From the NCBI GenBank assembly GCA_021613535.1, contig CP075492.1, forward strand, positions 17,546,001-17,610,000: 64,000 bases of DNA, read 5' to 3'. The notes under the pieces were generated by a model. The model was not told the origin of the DNA, did no database searches, and was given only the letters and a program-made list of their open reading frames with translations. Origin of the DNA: Adineta vaga (taxonomy: Eukaryota > Animalia > Rotifera). Positions 12,683 through 25,719 of the stretch are shown here, piece after piece; positions within the stretch are counted from its first letter, which is position 1, and the number at the start of each line of letters is the position of its first letter. A program made the position numbers and the translations under genes.

Positions 12683-13705
12683 ATGAATAACATTACAGTG
12701 ATTACTACTATAGTTGGTACTGTAGATGATCAAATTCGATTAACAATTCTGTTTAATCTTTTGATTAAAACTTTTTCACAATTTCTTGATGGTTTTGCAT
12801 GGATTATTGGAAATATTGGAGCACTTTCTACTTGTATTGTATTTCAACAAGTAGCATTTCGTAAAAGTCCTTGTGCTATTTATTTTATAGCTTCAAATTT
12901 TTCACAGTTATTTATTTTTAATTTTGCAACTTTTATTCGAATGATTCAATATGGTTATGGTGTTTCGGTTAATTCTGTACCATCATGGTTTTGTAAGATT
13001 CGTTTTTATATTTATTATGTTTCAATGGCTAGTGCTCGGTATAACATTATCTTTGCGTCTTCAGATCGTTTTTTTTCCAGTTCTCAAAAGGCTAATCTTC
13101 GTCAATGGAGTTCATCAAAAATTGCTCTTCGTCTTGTTATTATTAATGCTATTATTTGGATTTTTTTCTACATTCAAGTTCTCGTCACGTATGATGTTCG
13201 ACATAACAAATGTCGAATTCAATCAACAAGTTTTTTCACCTATTTTAATTATTTTATTACATTCGAAAATGGTTTATTTCCAATTATTCCAATGTCAATC
13301 TTTGGATTACTTACTCTTCATAATATTCATCAAAGTAAACGACGTGTAAGAACAACAGAATCAGTTACTGGAAGTGAAAATATTAACATCAATCTTGCAT
13401 CAACAAAAGAAACACAACTACATAAGATGTTAATTAATCAAGTGATTGTTTATTTAATTTTCAATATTCCCCTACCAGTATATGGTATTTATCGATCATA
13501 TATTAATATTGTTACATTATCAGGATGGCGTGCTGTACGGGATACATTTATGAATAATTTATTCTATGATATGATTTATCTTGGTTATGCTTTAACATTT
13601 CCAATTTTTATATTAACATCAGATATATTTCGACGAGAATTAAAACAGATTATTCAAAAAAAATTAGTTCAACCATGTCAACGATTCGTCACACATGCAA
13701 ATTGA
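12683..13705 (+). CDS. Rhodopsin-like GPCR (intronless)
   Basis: 340 aa, GN in TM1, FCKIRFY, ASSDRF motif, 7 TM segments. Confidence 0.85.
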   Translation: MNNITVITTIVGTVDDQIRLTILFNLLIKTFSQFLDGFAWIIGNIGALSTCIVFQQVAFRKSPCAIYFIASNFSQLFIFNFATFIRMIQYGYGVSVNSVPSWFCKIRFYIYYVSMASARYNIIFASSDRFFSSSQKANLRQWSSSKIALRLVIINAIIWIFFYIQVLVTYDVRHNKCRIQSTSFFTYFNYFITFENGLFPIIPMSIFGLLTLHNIHQSKRRVRTTESVTGSENININLASTKETQLHKMLINQVIVYLIFNIPLPVYGIYRSYINIVTLSGWRAVRDTFMNNLFYDMIYLGYALTFPIFILTSDIFRRELKQIIQKKLVQPCQRFVTHAN

Positions 13706-14084
13706 ACAACAATAAACAGAACTATTGTTTTTTATCCTGTCATACTTTTACCCTGCTAAAAAGAACTATTGAATTCCATTCATATTTAACCTAATAAAAC
13801 AAAACTATCTTTTATTTTCATGTCTTACTCGTTCAAATTCGAATATATTGTCACTGATTTTTTTAAAAACTGAGTATTTTGTTTTCGAACGTAAATAAAT
13901 ATTCGAGCAAAAAGATTTGAAATGGTTCCTCATATGTACAGCTGTTAGATCAATCCATCTCACTATTGGGACACGCAGAAAAATACCTGTCTTCCACAGT
14001 CGAGGGTGCTTAGTCAATACAAAACTGTATCAGATGAGGAGACATAATTCAAAAAGAACGTTCGTGAGAGTGAATGAAGGTGAC

Positions 14085-14086
<2 letters not shown>

Positions 14087-14117
<31 letters not shown>
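14087..14117. repeat. (GA)n microsatellite
   Basis: Direct reading. Confidence 0.9.
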
Positions 14118-14119
<2 letters not shown>

Positions 14120-14355
14120 AGAGTATGCGAGGGCTAGCCGAGTTCCATCCTCACCCTAGATCTCTCCCTCGCTAATCGAAGTCCTTGTTTATATGTAGTG
14201 CGTTTAATGTCTTCCGGAAAAAAAAACATCAAACATAATTCTTTAGAGAAGAACAGTGACAATGATATTTCAGATCATCGATAATCTGTATTGAAATTGC
14301 TTTTAATCGTTTATTAATAGGAAAAAAGTAAATGATCAAGATCTTATAATGATAT

Positions 14356-14719
14356 TTAAGCACATGTATATTCTATACTGCTAATACCATTTGAACATGA
14401 ACTTGCTTCCCATGAATATTTCACCTTACTGCCTTTGATAACTTTTCCACAACCAGTTTTTGCATAAGTTTCTACCATTGTCTTACATGCTTGTTCGCAA
14501 TTGGTCATAGCTGCATCATTACATGAACATAGTTTGCATGATGATATATCCCATGAATGAAATGGAAAATGAACTGTATTTGACACAGCTTTACATTTGC
14601 ATCTATACCGAATATAGATATTTTTACATTTGAAAATCAATTATTTCTTACTTTCGATTAAATGGATTCCCGTTGATAGTAAGTAACAGAGCAAATAAAA
14701 TGAAAAGAAAAAACTTCAT
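14356..14719 (-). CDS. Small secreted cysteine-rich protein (2 exons)
   Basis: ATG at 14719: MKFFLFILFALLLTING signal peptide; intron 14603-14651; then CKCKAVS...CKLCSC...CEQAC...C...C...C. Confidence 0.75.
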
Positions 14720-16239
14720 TGCAAGAGTTGTGTGATCGTAAAAATATGTATATTACATTTGCTTTTAATATCGTATTTAAATACTTCTCATCATATTTGA
14801 TTCATGATTCATGATTCATGATTCTATTTTCTTTCTCTTCCAAATGTGAATAGTAATGATGGCATCATACGAAAAAACAAATCATTATTAGTGATGGAGA
14901 TTAAGGGTCTAAAAGGCGAAGAAACTTCGAGACAAAGAATATGTCAATATGAATCATTCGCCATTTCAAGATTAGATTGGTAAAACGATACAACAGAATG
15001 CATGAGAGTGATTTTTTCGATTCTATCGTATAATAAAAGAGTATAGGTAATGTATATAGAATGAAGAATAAAAATCCTTATTCGTTTATGATCTTCTTGA
15101 GAGTGTGAATAAGAGAAGTACATAACAAAACAGCACCTCCGTGTTAATAAATCATGTAGCTTCTTATTTAAATCTTTTTCTTTGACAACCATATAATTTA
15201 GCATTAAAATATTGCTAAACAGCGAGTGATGATAACTAATCCAGTGCAAAGAGGAATTCAAGATATTATTGTCTCAGTTTTATCATGAGGTAGGTAAACA
15301 CTAATCAAAATAATTTTCATACCGCATAAACTACTTTTATATTCTTCGACCATCAGATTATCTATAAAATCGATTTAATTGGAATCGACTTATTTGTAAT
15401 GTTGTAGTGTTTAGTTTTGTAAAAGTTCCACTTGAATCAATACAATCTTGCTCATAAAAAACGGCCATCCTAACGTGAGATAGTTGAGAGTGAGTACAGA
15501 TCGAAAAGCGATAAAAATTTAATCTATTCGGAAGTAGTTTCGTGAACGACATAACAACATGTTAAGTATCAGTTCACACAGGAAAGTTTCCATAAAAATT
15601 TAATTTCCTAAGAGATATCACAAATCAACATTACGCATGTAGGCTCCAGCTTCATCCTCAACTCTAAAATCAGTAATTAATATGCAAACAAACTGATAAC
15701 GAATAAATAGTCAAGATAAATTAACTGAAGTCACACACAAAGACACACATGACAAACGCAAAAATAATAACAAAAGTCAATAATTTGTTCTTTCATGTAA
15801 AAAAATCATCATCACTTTATACTGTTAAACTTAAGTTGACAATAAAATATCACGAACCGTCAATTCTGATGATAAAGCATTGTAAAGATGAATGAACTGA
15901 TTCAATTATCTCTGAATGCAACTTTGATAATGGTTTTATTTTATATGCAGCTCCGATCATGCGTTTTTTTAATTTTTCTATAGAATAAAGTTTTATCTTC
16001 CTCATATTCAATAAAAGAAAAAATTAAAAATATTTTTTTCTTTGAAATCATGGCACTTTGTCTCTAATAATATATGAAAGTACCTGCAAAAACCTTTATC
16101 AGCATTCATACTATTATAAAAGGACTCAATCCGGATTTCATATTTTTATAGTACGAACAAGATATATCTTTTTTTGATCGAGCTAAAGAAAGTTGTATCA
16201 TTTTATTTATCTGTCTGAGTATTTTGAAATTATTTTTAT

Positions 16240-17280
16240 ATGGAAAATTTAACTAATACAACTGAAATTGAATTCATTAATCCATTTGCATTATTAGATA
16301 TAGTTCTTTCGGTTGCATTTCGATTTTGGTTTTATCTTTTTTTCAATGTATTCTCAATATTATGTTCGATTTTTGTATTGTATCATTTACTATTCGATCG
16401 AACACTTCGTCGAGCTTTGAACAATCATATTATCATAGTCTTGCTTTTTACTGGATTAATCTATGAATTAACAACTGTTCCATTAATGCTTCATTACTAT
16501 CAAGTAGGTGATTCTTGGAAAATAACACCAATATTTGCCAATTTTTGGACATTTATTGATTATTCAACGTATGCAGTAGAACTGATCGGTTTTGCTTGGG
16601 CTACCATTGAACGACATATTCTTATATTTCATCAATCGTGGGTTTTAACAAGAAAGAAACGGTTTTTTGTACATTATCTACCTATCATATCAATTTTATC
16701 CTATTGTTTTACATACTATTTTCTGGTCATTTTCTTTCCCACATGTAAGGATTTGAATGTTTTTCAACCATTGAATGGTGTTCCTCCTTCTTGTATGAGC
16801 TTTCATCCAATACTTGGGAAATGGGATACAATATGTCATCAAATTCTACCAACATTTACGGTTGTAATATTTAGTAGTGCTCTTCTAATTCGTGTTCTCT
16901 GGCAAAAAAATCGTTTAAATCGATCAATTCAATGGCGACAACAACGAAAAATGATAATTCAATTATTATCCATCTCAGCTCTTTATCTTTTCTTTAACTT
17001 TCCGCGATCAATTGTACAAATCTACATAGCAAGCATTCTAACAACCTACTTAATCATCAAAATTTTCGCTTATCAAATCTTTTTTTCCATTCAACTTATA
17101 TTCCTTTTTCCATTTGTTTGCTGTGCAACAATCCCTGAAATTGGTAAAAGACTGAAGAAATTTCTCTTCTGGAAAAATCAACAACGTGCCATTGCTCCTG
17201 TAGCTTTGACAACAGTTCGCACAGGAATCAGACAAACAGTGACCAGGGCTCGAAATGGGCCTCATTTTCGTGGCCCGTGA
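16240..17280 (+). CDS. Rhodopsin-like GPCR (intronless); stop codon supplied by the palindromic element
   Basis: 346 aa, FAWATIERHILIFH motif. TGA 17278-17280 is the first triplet of TGAGGG. Confidence 0.85.
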   Translation: MENLTNTTEIEFINPFALLDIVLSVAFRFWFYLFFNVFSILCSIFVLYHLLFDRTLRRALNNHIIIVLLFTGLIYELTTVPLMLHYYQVGDSWKITPIFANFWTFIDYSTYAVELIGFAWATIERHILIFHQSWVLTRKKRFFVHYLPIISILSYCFTYYFLVIFFPTCKDLNVFQPLNGVPPSCMSFHPILGKWDTICHQILPTFTVVIFSSALLIRVLWQKNRLNRSIQWRQQRKMIIQLLSISALYLFFNFPRSIVQIYIASILTTYLIIKIFAYQIFFSIQLIFLFPFVCCATIPEIGKRLKKFLFWKNQQRAIAPVALTTVRTGIRQTVTRARNGPHFRGP

Positions 17281-17368
17281 GGGTGGGTGGGTGTGGGTGT
17301 GGGTGAGGGTGTGGGTGAGAGTCAGAAGACCATTCTCATTCATATCCCTACTCTCGTTTACATCTCAA
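17278..17368. repeat. Telomere-like inverted-repeat element, copy 4
   Basis: TGAGGGTGGGTGGGTGTGGGTGTGGGTGAGGGTGTGGGTGAGA...degenerate C-arm ending CATCTCAA. Confidence 0.85.
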
Positions 17369-17380
17369 ATTTATCATACA

Positions 17381-17514
17381 CTTGAGGGTGTGGGTGTGGG
17401 TGTGGGTGTCTTTTTATTGTTTCACGCCCACACCCACGCCCACGCCCACGCCCACACCCACACCCACACCCACACCCACACATTCACATCCAAACGTACA
17501 CCCTCACCCTCAAG
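17381..17514. repeat. Telomere-like inverted-repeat element, copy 5 (longest, best conserved)
   Basis: CTTGAGGG(TGTGGG)3TGT-ctttttattgttt-(CACRCC)n...CACCCTCACCCTCAAG. Confidence 0.95.
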
Positions 17515-17689
17515 ATAGTAAAAAGGTGTCACTGTTGCTACTTTTGGTATGCCCTAGGTAGGTTTTATGTTGGTATTCGTAATTAGCATGGTGAATAATA
17601 CTAGGTCCTTTATATTTAATTAAAATGTCGATTAACCAGTTGGATCGGTTCCCTCGCTAGTTTTAGAATAGAAGTAATTGCGCAGTCGG

Positions 17690-18910
17690 TCATGCTCTTG
17701 GCATTCCGATCGTTTCAATATTAACTCCATGATCATTTGCAAAATCCTTTACTTGATTATAAAAATAATCACCAGCAGGTTTTGGAAAGATATTGTTGCA
17801 TATCACTAATAACCACACCCAACGCTCGACTCCTCCATAAACATATTCATGCCAACACTCTTCAAACGCAGGTAATTTTTCTACATTCTTAGCTTTGAGT
17901 TTTTCGACAAGTTTATCGTAATAGGCTTCACGAAACACTTGCTTTTCTAATCTACGTCGAGTTTCAGGTGGTACGTGTGAAATAACGAATTGACCCATAT
18001 CTTGAGGACCGCAGCCGATACCTACTACTTCCCAATCCATAAGCTTAACATCTCCAAAGATTACATTATCACTATCTTTCTTTCTTGCAACCATAAAGTT
18101 CGCTGGATGGAAGTCTCCATGGACAAGTGTAAAGGCTGTATTATGAATACGATTTTGGAAATCATCCCAATCGACTTTAGCTATTGACGCTTCTAGCAAA
18201 CTTACGAATTTCGAATTCCACTCAGAGATACTCATTGTTCCACTTTTCCATATATTATGAACCACAGATTGAGAGGCTTGCCAAGTATCTTTACCTTCTC
18301 CCCGATACCAATCGTGGCCACGCAACCAATCTAAATCCTTATCTTGAGCCAATGCTGCATCGTTCCAGTATGTAGCGTGAAGATCGGCACCACATTCGAA
18401 AGCCTTCCTCATAAGTTCTTCGATTTTATTTCCAGAAAGCATGAGTGAATCCATTTCTCCTTTTTCTGTCTTTTCCCAATTTAAAGGTGAATGTGCTGTA
18501 AAGTACAGTCCCATCTGTACATAATCACAACCATCTTTATCCAAAACAGAAAGATCTTCAAGAACAATTGCTTTAGTACCTGCTTTCATATCTCCTTCCG
18601 AATACAAAGTACGAGGAACTATATTTTGGATTTTAGGGGCAAATTGATCATAAAATAAAGCTTCTCGTGGTAATCCCAATGCAGCAGCTCGCTCTGTACG
18701 TTCGGAATTTACTTTAAGAATATACGTAGTAGTTAAGCCGTTATTATAGGTCACCATTAACCGATTCATTACGCCACTATTTCCGCCTGCTCCTTTCATA
18801 GATTCCAATGTGCAGCTCTTAATTGTGGGATCTTTTAATTTTGTTCGAAGGAATTCAATGTTAGTCCATTTAGAAGCCATATTTCTGTGACTGTCGTCGT
18901 GCTCTAACAT
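17690..18910 (-). CDS. Aminoglycoside phosphotransferase/choline kinase-like (EcKinase-type) protein, intronless
   Basis: TLVHGDFHPANF (Brenner motif), LMDWE, REALFY. Confidence 0.8.
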   Translation of the reverse strand: MLEHDDSHRNMASKWTNIEFLRTKLKDPTIKSCTLESMKGAGGNSGVMNRLMVTYNNGLTTTYILKVNSERTERAAALGLPREALFYDQFAPKIQNIVPRTLYSEGDMKAGTKAIVLEDLSVLDKDGCDYVQMGLYFTAHSPLNWEKTEKGEMDSLMLSGNKIEELMRKAFECGADLHATYWNDAALAQDKDLDWLRGHDWYRGEGKDTWQASQSVVHNIWKSGTMSISEWNSKFVSLLEASIAKVDWDDFQNRIHNTAFTLVHGDFHPANFMVARKKDSDNVIFGDVKLMDWEVVGIGCGPQDMGQFVISHVPPETRRRLEKQVFREAYYDKLVEKLKAKNVEKLPAFEECWHEYVYGGVERWVWLLVICNNIFPKPAGDYFYNQVKDFANDHGVNIETIGMPRA

Positions 18911-20465
18911 CGCAAAATGTTTTGTCTCCTTTTGTCAGTATGTTTGTTCCACGCTGCTTTCTTTTTTCTTTCTGTTCTGTACACGCATATATATTTTTTT
19001 TCTTTCCTTCATAGTATAATAATATACACGTGGGGTGAGATTTTACCTTTCCTTTACAAGTAACTACTTCAGCATCGTCGTGTCTATCTATCTATCTATC
19101 TATAGATGAAAAAGACACTTGATTTTTTATTTTACTCTCATCAATGTGAGAAGCTTTTATATAACAACTGAATAAGAAATGGATATTCACTTTACTTTAA
19201 TTACGTAACTAAAAAGTAAAGTAAATTTACCATCCCTATTTTTAACTCGTTACATGTTTTCTCTATATAAATTAAAAAAAGAGAGAAAGTAGAAGAAATT
19301 TGTATATAAAAACACGTGGATAATGATATCATATATTTTTCAATTGTGTATCTGTTCCCAGTATCCTATGTCTTGAGTGAAGACATAATGTTTCTACCTA
19401 TCACTAATACTTTTCCATTAGATAATAGAGTTGATGTATGACCATATCGAACTATATTCAATTGTCCTGAATCAGTCCTTTCTAAATAAGAAATAAATTT
19501 TTGATATTTTTTTCAATTATTTATTTGAATATGACTTCTAACTGTTGTTATTGAAGTTGTTGTCATCGTTGCTTTCTTTGTTTTAGTTGTCAATATTTCT
19601 GAATGTTTTCTTGCTACAATTCTCGTAACAAAAAAAGCTTTCAGTCATCAATAATGATGATAGAATGCTAATAAATAGAATTATTTTCTATTTTCTTCGA
19701 CAACATTCAAAACTTTAAAAAAAGAACAAAAGAAAATCATTATTTTTGTTCCGATTTCGATGATATTCTTACCATAATTTTGATGACTTTATCTCATTTG
19801 ATTGAAACTAAAATAAAAAAAAACAAAACAAACTATTTTTTGGTGAATAGATTACTTGAGTAAATCCTATTTTATTTTCTATCATCGTAAATAATTGTCT
19901 ATTAGAAAAAGATTTGTAATAGATGTTAATAAATAAAATGAATCTTATTTATCGGTCTGCGAAAATTCCTACTACTTAAGATATAATGTAATTTATATGC
20001 GTCTAATTATATATATTTAGCTTTCGGATATGTTCTTCGATGAAGTACTGTTGGAGCGATAATGGTTTGTCATTTCTCCTCTTAAAAGTGATTTAACTTT
20101 TCTTACTCATCAATTTATTTATGGACAATTTTAGAAATATTCGACGAACTTGGAAAAAGGTGAGAATGAAACGAGAATATTACATATCAATCTCATCTTT
20201 CTCTCTCATCTTGAAGAAGTTTCTGGTAAAAGGTCTTAAATAATCAAGTCATGTTGGTAAAGAGAAAATATAAATCTATTCTATTTTAATAATACAACGT
20301 ATAAGAAATAAATATTCTTTGAAGAAGCTCACAACTTATCAGTACACTTTTTATCCTTCTCTTTAGTTCCGTTTTTTTCAGTTACTATTTATTTTGTTAT
20401 CTATCAGGTAGTCTACACATCAAAACGTTTCCACTTATTTCTATTTTTCAGTCTTTCATTTTTAC

Positions 20466-21310
20466 TTGAAATTTTCTGTCTTAGATACAATTCCTAGAGA
20501 TGATTTAGAAAGTTCAACAAGTAGTGACTCGGATGTATCCATAGATGATAATGATGAAACAGTTTCAGCAATTGGTATCGATTTAGATACAGTCAATTTA
20601 TGTGTTGGTATTTATCGAAATGGTCAAGTTGAAATAATACCGAATGAACAAGGAAATCGATTAACACCATCATATGTTGCATTTACTGATCATGGACGAT
20701 TGATTGGTGATGAAGCAAAAAAACAATCATCGATTAATCCAGAAAAGACAATTTTTCATTCGAAACGACTTATTGGTAGAAAATTTCATGATTCAATAGT
20801 ACAATCAAATGTCAAACAATGGCCATTTAAAGTAAAGATTGAAGTTCAATATCAAAATCAAATCAAATTATTTACACTTGAAGAAATTTCTTCAATGATA
20901 TTAATTAAAATGAAACAAATTGCTGAATCTTATCTTGGTCATACGATAAATTCAGCTGTTATTACAGTTCTAACATCTGTTAATGATTCTCAACGTCAAT
21001 CAACAGAAGATGCTGCTAATATTGTTGTCTTAAAGTTTTACGTCTTATAAATGAATCAAAAGCAGCTGCTATTGCTTATGGTTTAGATAAACAAAAAGTG
21101 TCTCGTGAAAAAAATCTTCTAGTTTATGATTTAAGTGGTGGAACATTTAATGTATCCATTGTTTCACTAATGAAAGGAATATTTGAAGTTAAATCAACAA
21201 TAGATTATGGAGATTGTGGTGGTGAAGATCATGTTAATCCAATGATTAAATATTTAATAAAAGAAAGTCTGCTACGTCATTTCGCTTCTTCTGAAAAGAA
21301 TGTATTTTAG
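20466..21310 (+). pseudogene. Truncated, frameshifted HSP70
   Basis: [45 protein letters not shown]. Internal deletion, frameshift near 21035, no C-terminal half. Confidence 0.9.
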
Positions 21311-21384
21311 TAGAGTCTATGAATGATACATTGATTTTACTGTATGATGTTGTCCGTATCATATCAAAACTTTGAATTAGACAG

Positions 21385-23413
21385 CTACTCCCAATCGAAC
21401 TCCTGGTCTGTAAGTAAGTTTTCGGAGTTCGGACAAGGTCGTTTGTTGCTCATGGCCAAACGAACTACAGTGGAAGATGCATGTAATTGACAGGTTGAGC
21501 ACATATTCGTTGTCGGCAAGATACTTGCTGAACAAGAGCAGTGAGTTTGATTAGATGAAGATGGTACACTTACGTGATATATAGAAAAAATTGAATTTAC
21601 CAATGACCTTTTCATTCTGTATAGTAATGATGGGAACCGTTCGACTTTGGTCACCTGGCGCCAACAAACACGCTGGTGTTTGAAATGTAATCGTCTTCAT
21701 GTCGACCAGTTCGTATTGAATATTTATTTTCTGATTCAACTCCGAAAAATCGAAATATACATGAAATGCTACAACAAAAATAGAATGAATGTTCCATGAA
21801 AATAAGGGAATCGAAAATACCATTTTTTCGGTCAAGTTTGGGGAGCACCATCAAAACTTTATCACCACCTACCCAGTTACCTCTTTCTGGTACACATATA
21901 GTAAAATTTTTATCAGGATTATTTGTCGTAACAACCGAAGTGGCAGCATCTACGTCTGAAAATGAAAGCAGAAGATACCAATGAGATGGACATATCGTTT
22001 TTTTATACACTTACCTCGTTGTTGATTGCTTTCGTCGGACATCACCTGTGAGGATACTGAAGAGCCGGGGAATATATTAAATACATTATTATCTATGTAG
22101 TCAGTTAGAGAGAAAATAAGTTGCGATTTCCACAATTTATATATTTTGATTAATTGTCTGCTAAGCGGTTTATTCGTGATAAGAGGAATATGTCTTTGAT
22201 CTTTCAAATAAGAAGAACAAATAGTTTTATTGTTATTGTTGTTTTCTTACCAGAGTTGATAATGTGCAAATAGCCGTGTAATTTGAGTTCATTTTGTACT
22301 AACTTCTTGCGAGTGACGAGAAAACTGAAGAAAAAATCAAAATAGAAACAATGCAGCACTTGCGTCGTTTTTTTGTACCTTTTTCGACCCTTGATGAAAT
22401 CTTCGTTTGTGATCGGAAAGTATAGGGCATTGTTAGCGGGATCTTTCCAAACATTAGGACCATCACTATCAATTGGATATGGATGCACACACACGGTGGG
22501 TACACCCTCATTGGATACAGTGACAGAAGTCACACGAATGTATGGATGATGAATGGTATCACGCCACCCTGCTGGTATCTAAATGAGAAACAAGAGAATA
22601 TCTTTCTGTATTTAAGCAGTACGGATATAATTCGAAATACCAAAGTCAAATCATGGAGAAGCTATGTGTTCCAATTTTAAAGAATATGATATATAAAACT
22701 CTATAGCACTCATCAGTTTACATCCCTCTATTTCGCTTCTTTATCGAAAATTTCTGTAACAACGCGCGAATGGCTTCATACACCTACTAATGTGCATTGG
22801 CAAACATGTCATTCTTATCAAACACTACAATTTGACAAGTTATCATTATTGACCACTGATTACTAGCTTAAATCAACGTGTCTGTTTGAACGTATTGATG
22901 AATGCGATGTCGATGTAATGTAACATAACACAGATTGTTTTTTTTCACCCGTTCTTTTTAGCTTCTATCTCTTCTCAAGAGAAGCAATCTCATCGGTCGT
23001 ATCCGCCAGTTAGTAAATAGCGATTCTTTTCACTGTTTCGAAGAACCCATTAACATCAATAATAACTGTATATTTTGAACATTGAAATCTATTCTCGATC
23101 TATTCAAATATTTTCCTATTGGTACACATATACCTTCCCTTTTAATTGTTCCGTATTGATGATATATATAGTAGGCATGTTGGATTAACATTAGCATTAT
23201 TTTGAATGCTAACGCTGATGTAATCGAAATCTAGTTTAGTATTGTTTTCTTTACCTCTACAGTTGGATATTCGAGCTTGAACTGGTTTCTACATTCAGCG
23301 CGAATATAACGTTGAGTTCGATTTCCAGTTTTATCTTGTTCACTTCCATACCGCTCACGATAGGATGCCTTGGGTTCTGCAATAATTCGAATTTGCTGAG
23401 TTGATAGTGTCAT
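21385..23413 (-). CDS. Divergent Rel-homology + IPT domain transcription factor (NF-kB/NFAT-like), multi-exon
   Basis: Exon peptides IRIIAEPKASYRERYGSE...YPTVE, YIRVTSVT...VHPY, ICVPERGNWVGGDKVLMVLPKL, ITFQTP match RHD (I..QP...RFRY..E) and IPT (G...GG.E..L; I.F.TP) hallmarks. Exon limits approximate. Confidence 0.65.
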
Positions 23414-25719
23414 TGCGAAAACCTAACTTGATTAGTAGTTGACGAATTTGTAGAGGAATTCGTCGACGGTGATAATGAATACAACAAGACCGATATGGAT
23501 AAGCACCAGCCTAAGTTTAAGGATCTAGATGAAGTGAAAAAATAGATCAATTGACAAACATCGCAGTAAGGAATCGGGGTCTCATTCTCTAGTTGATATT
23601 GTCAAGAAATGTAGGATTTTTACTGCGAACAAAATTTTACAAAGTGACAATTGAGTACACGCGTTTCTTTCCTTGTAAAGATTTTTCACAGTGAGACTAC
23701 AAAAAAAGATGAATGTAGATCGAATAAAGAGAACGGAAAAAATCAGGATCTATGCTTTAGGAAAATTGTCATTGTTTACTCAAACACTACTGTAATTACT
23801 GGCAGTATAAGGGTAACTTCTCTTGCGTAGCGTTATGAGACGAGGCTTCCGAATCGAATTAGACTATCGTATTACAACAAACAGCTACGCATCTTAAAAA
23901 GAAATTTAAAAGGTAAATCCAAAACTTTAGAGCTGGGGTTAGAATTGGACATCTATCTCAGGGAAAGCTGTTTTTCCTTATAGAGACGGAACTGATCTAG
24001 ATTTTTGACGAGTAATACCGGTCATCCAAAATCCTTACCAGTGCCGAGCCAACCAGTTATCGATACTAATTATATTTCTAGTTCATTGTGTCTTCTGAAA
24101 GATAAATAACAAAATTTGTTGGAAGTTGGCTATATGAAAAAACAATATCCAAAGGTATACTCAGTGACAACCGTTACTGGTACACTGGCTGTCCACTTCA
24201 ATCTGGACTACTCAGACTGACATCGGTAACCAGAACTACGATCTTTAATTAATCATGTAACTAAAGAAAGACCTTCGGGTATATGCAGAGCATAGCTCAT
24301 TCAGAAGTTTTCTTTTATGAAGATATCTTGTCATAGGGAGCGTCTTGAGTCTTCTATCATCGTTAATGTAGGAGTTTGAATGACTATTATTCAGAATAAT
24401 ATGAACAAGTTCAGTTGAAACCTACATAGCTTTAGTGATCTTTAATAGAATTTGAGAAAACTTCTGTGCCCATCTCTGATGAAAATGTAGAACGTAAGAT
24501 GCAAATTATAAAGCTGGATTGTGCAAGTAAGTGTCATTGAATAGGAATGAATTCATTGCTCTCGACTCGTCTGTCAATTCTTAATCTCGGCGTCTTCTTG
24601 CGGAAACGAAAATACAATCAAATTCTCAATCACACTTTTCACGGGGCCAATCAAGTCTGATATAAAAAGAAATTAAAGACTGAATGAGAGTACTAACTGT
24701 GAATCTAAATGACAGCAAAAACTTAAACCAAAGAGTGCATAAAACAAGCCATTCTCTCGTCGTGCATGTAACGAACGTTACCTGTAATAAATGTATTTAG
24801 AGAAAAGAGCAAAATACATAGGTCGACATCCTCATACGAAGAAACACGTGCAGCTAAACATATCCGACAGCCTGCAGTCAGTTGATTTTCGCATTTGTTA
24901 TTAGATACACTGATTGTTTATTATTATTATTTTCTAATCTATGAACAGCGAATGCACGAAACATGTGTGGATTGTTTCAACATGACGGAGAAATGCGCAA
25001 ATAGTCACTTAGAAGAGGAATGAAGATGAATAAGATATCACACTACGACGTCTATTTGTACACAATAACCCCTCTATACTGACAAAAAGGTATAATACGA
25101 CGTTATTCGACAGAATGATGACGCTATTCCTCGCAATTTCAAATACCGAATTTACCATAATGGAAATTCGAATGTTAAAATTCCCTTTGATACTATTCAT
25201 CAGAAGATGCTTGGGTCCATTTAGTTTGAATATGATGTTTTAATAAATTCAAGTCAACATAATGATTATGAGGAGAATCGAGATTTTGTTTGGAGGAAAA
25301 AAGAAGAATCTGGCAATTTGTCGCGATATGTTTTTCTATCGCTAAGTAGCAATTCTCTATTATTAACTCGCATTCTCTCAGTATATTTTCCTTTTATCAA
25401 TGGTTATATTTAGACGGAATAAGTTATTCATCGAACTAATACCTAGTACGTTCTCTTATCTTTTTGTATGAAATACGTTGTAATCGTCTAAATCTGTATT
25501 CTGCCTCTGTTTGAGAAATATCAGTGTCGTGTTGATCTGTGTTATTCGTTATTATAAGTGCTGGTTATTTCAAGACGTCTTCGCAGTCTTCTTCTAGAGT
25601 CAGAATATATTTTTCAACGAAAGTATATTGTCGATTTTACTTCACAACGTTTTGCACTGCAACTCTATCGCCTTACATGTATATATCTATCAGTGTGCTA
25701 TTCTTTCAATTCTATAAAA

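Noticed and set aside
14944-15552. Possible decayed F-box/LRR-like gene
   Set aside because: Only scattered resemblance; I could not reconstruct a frame.
17050-17518. ORFs with HT/VW dipeptide runs
   Set aside because: They are translations of the hexamer repeats, not proteins.
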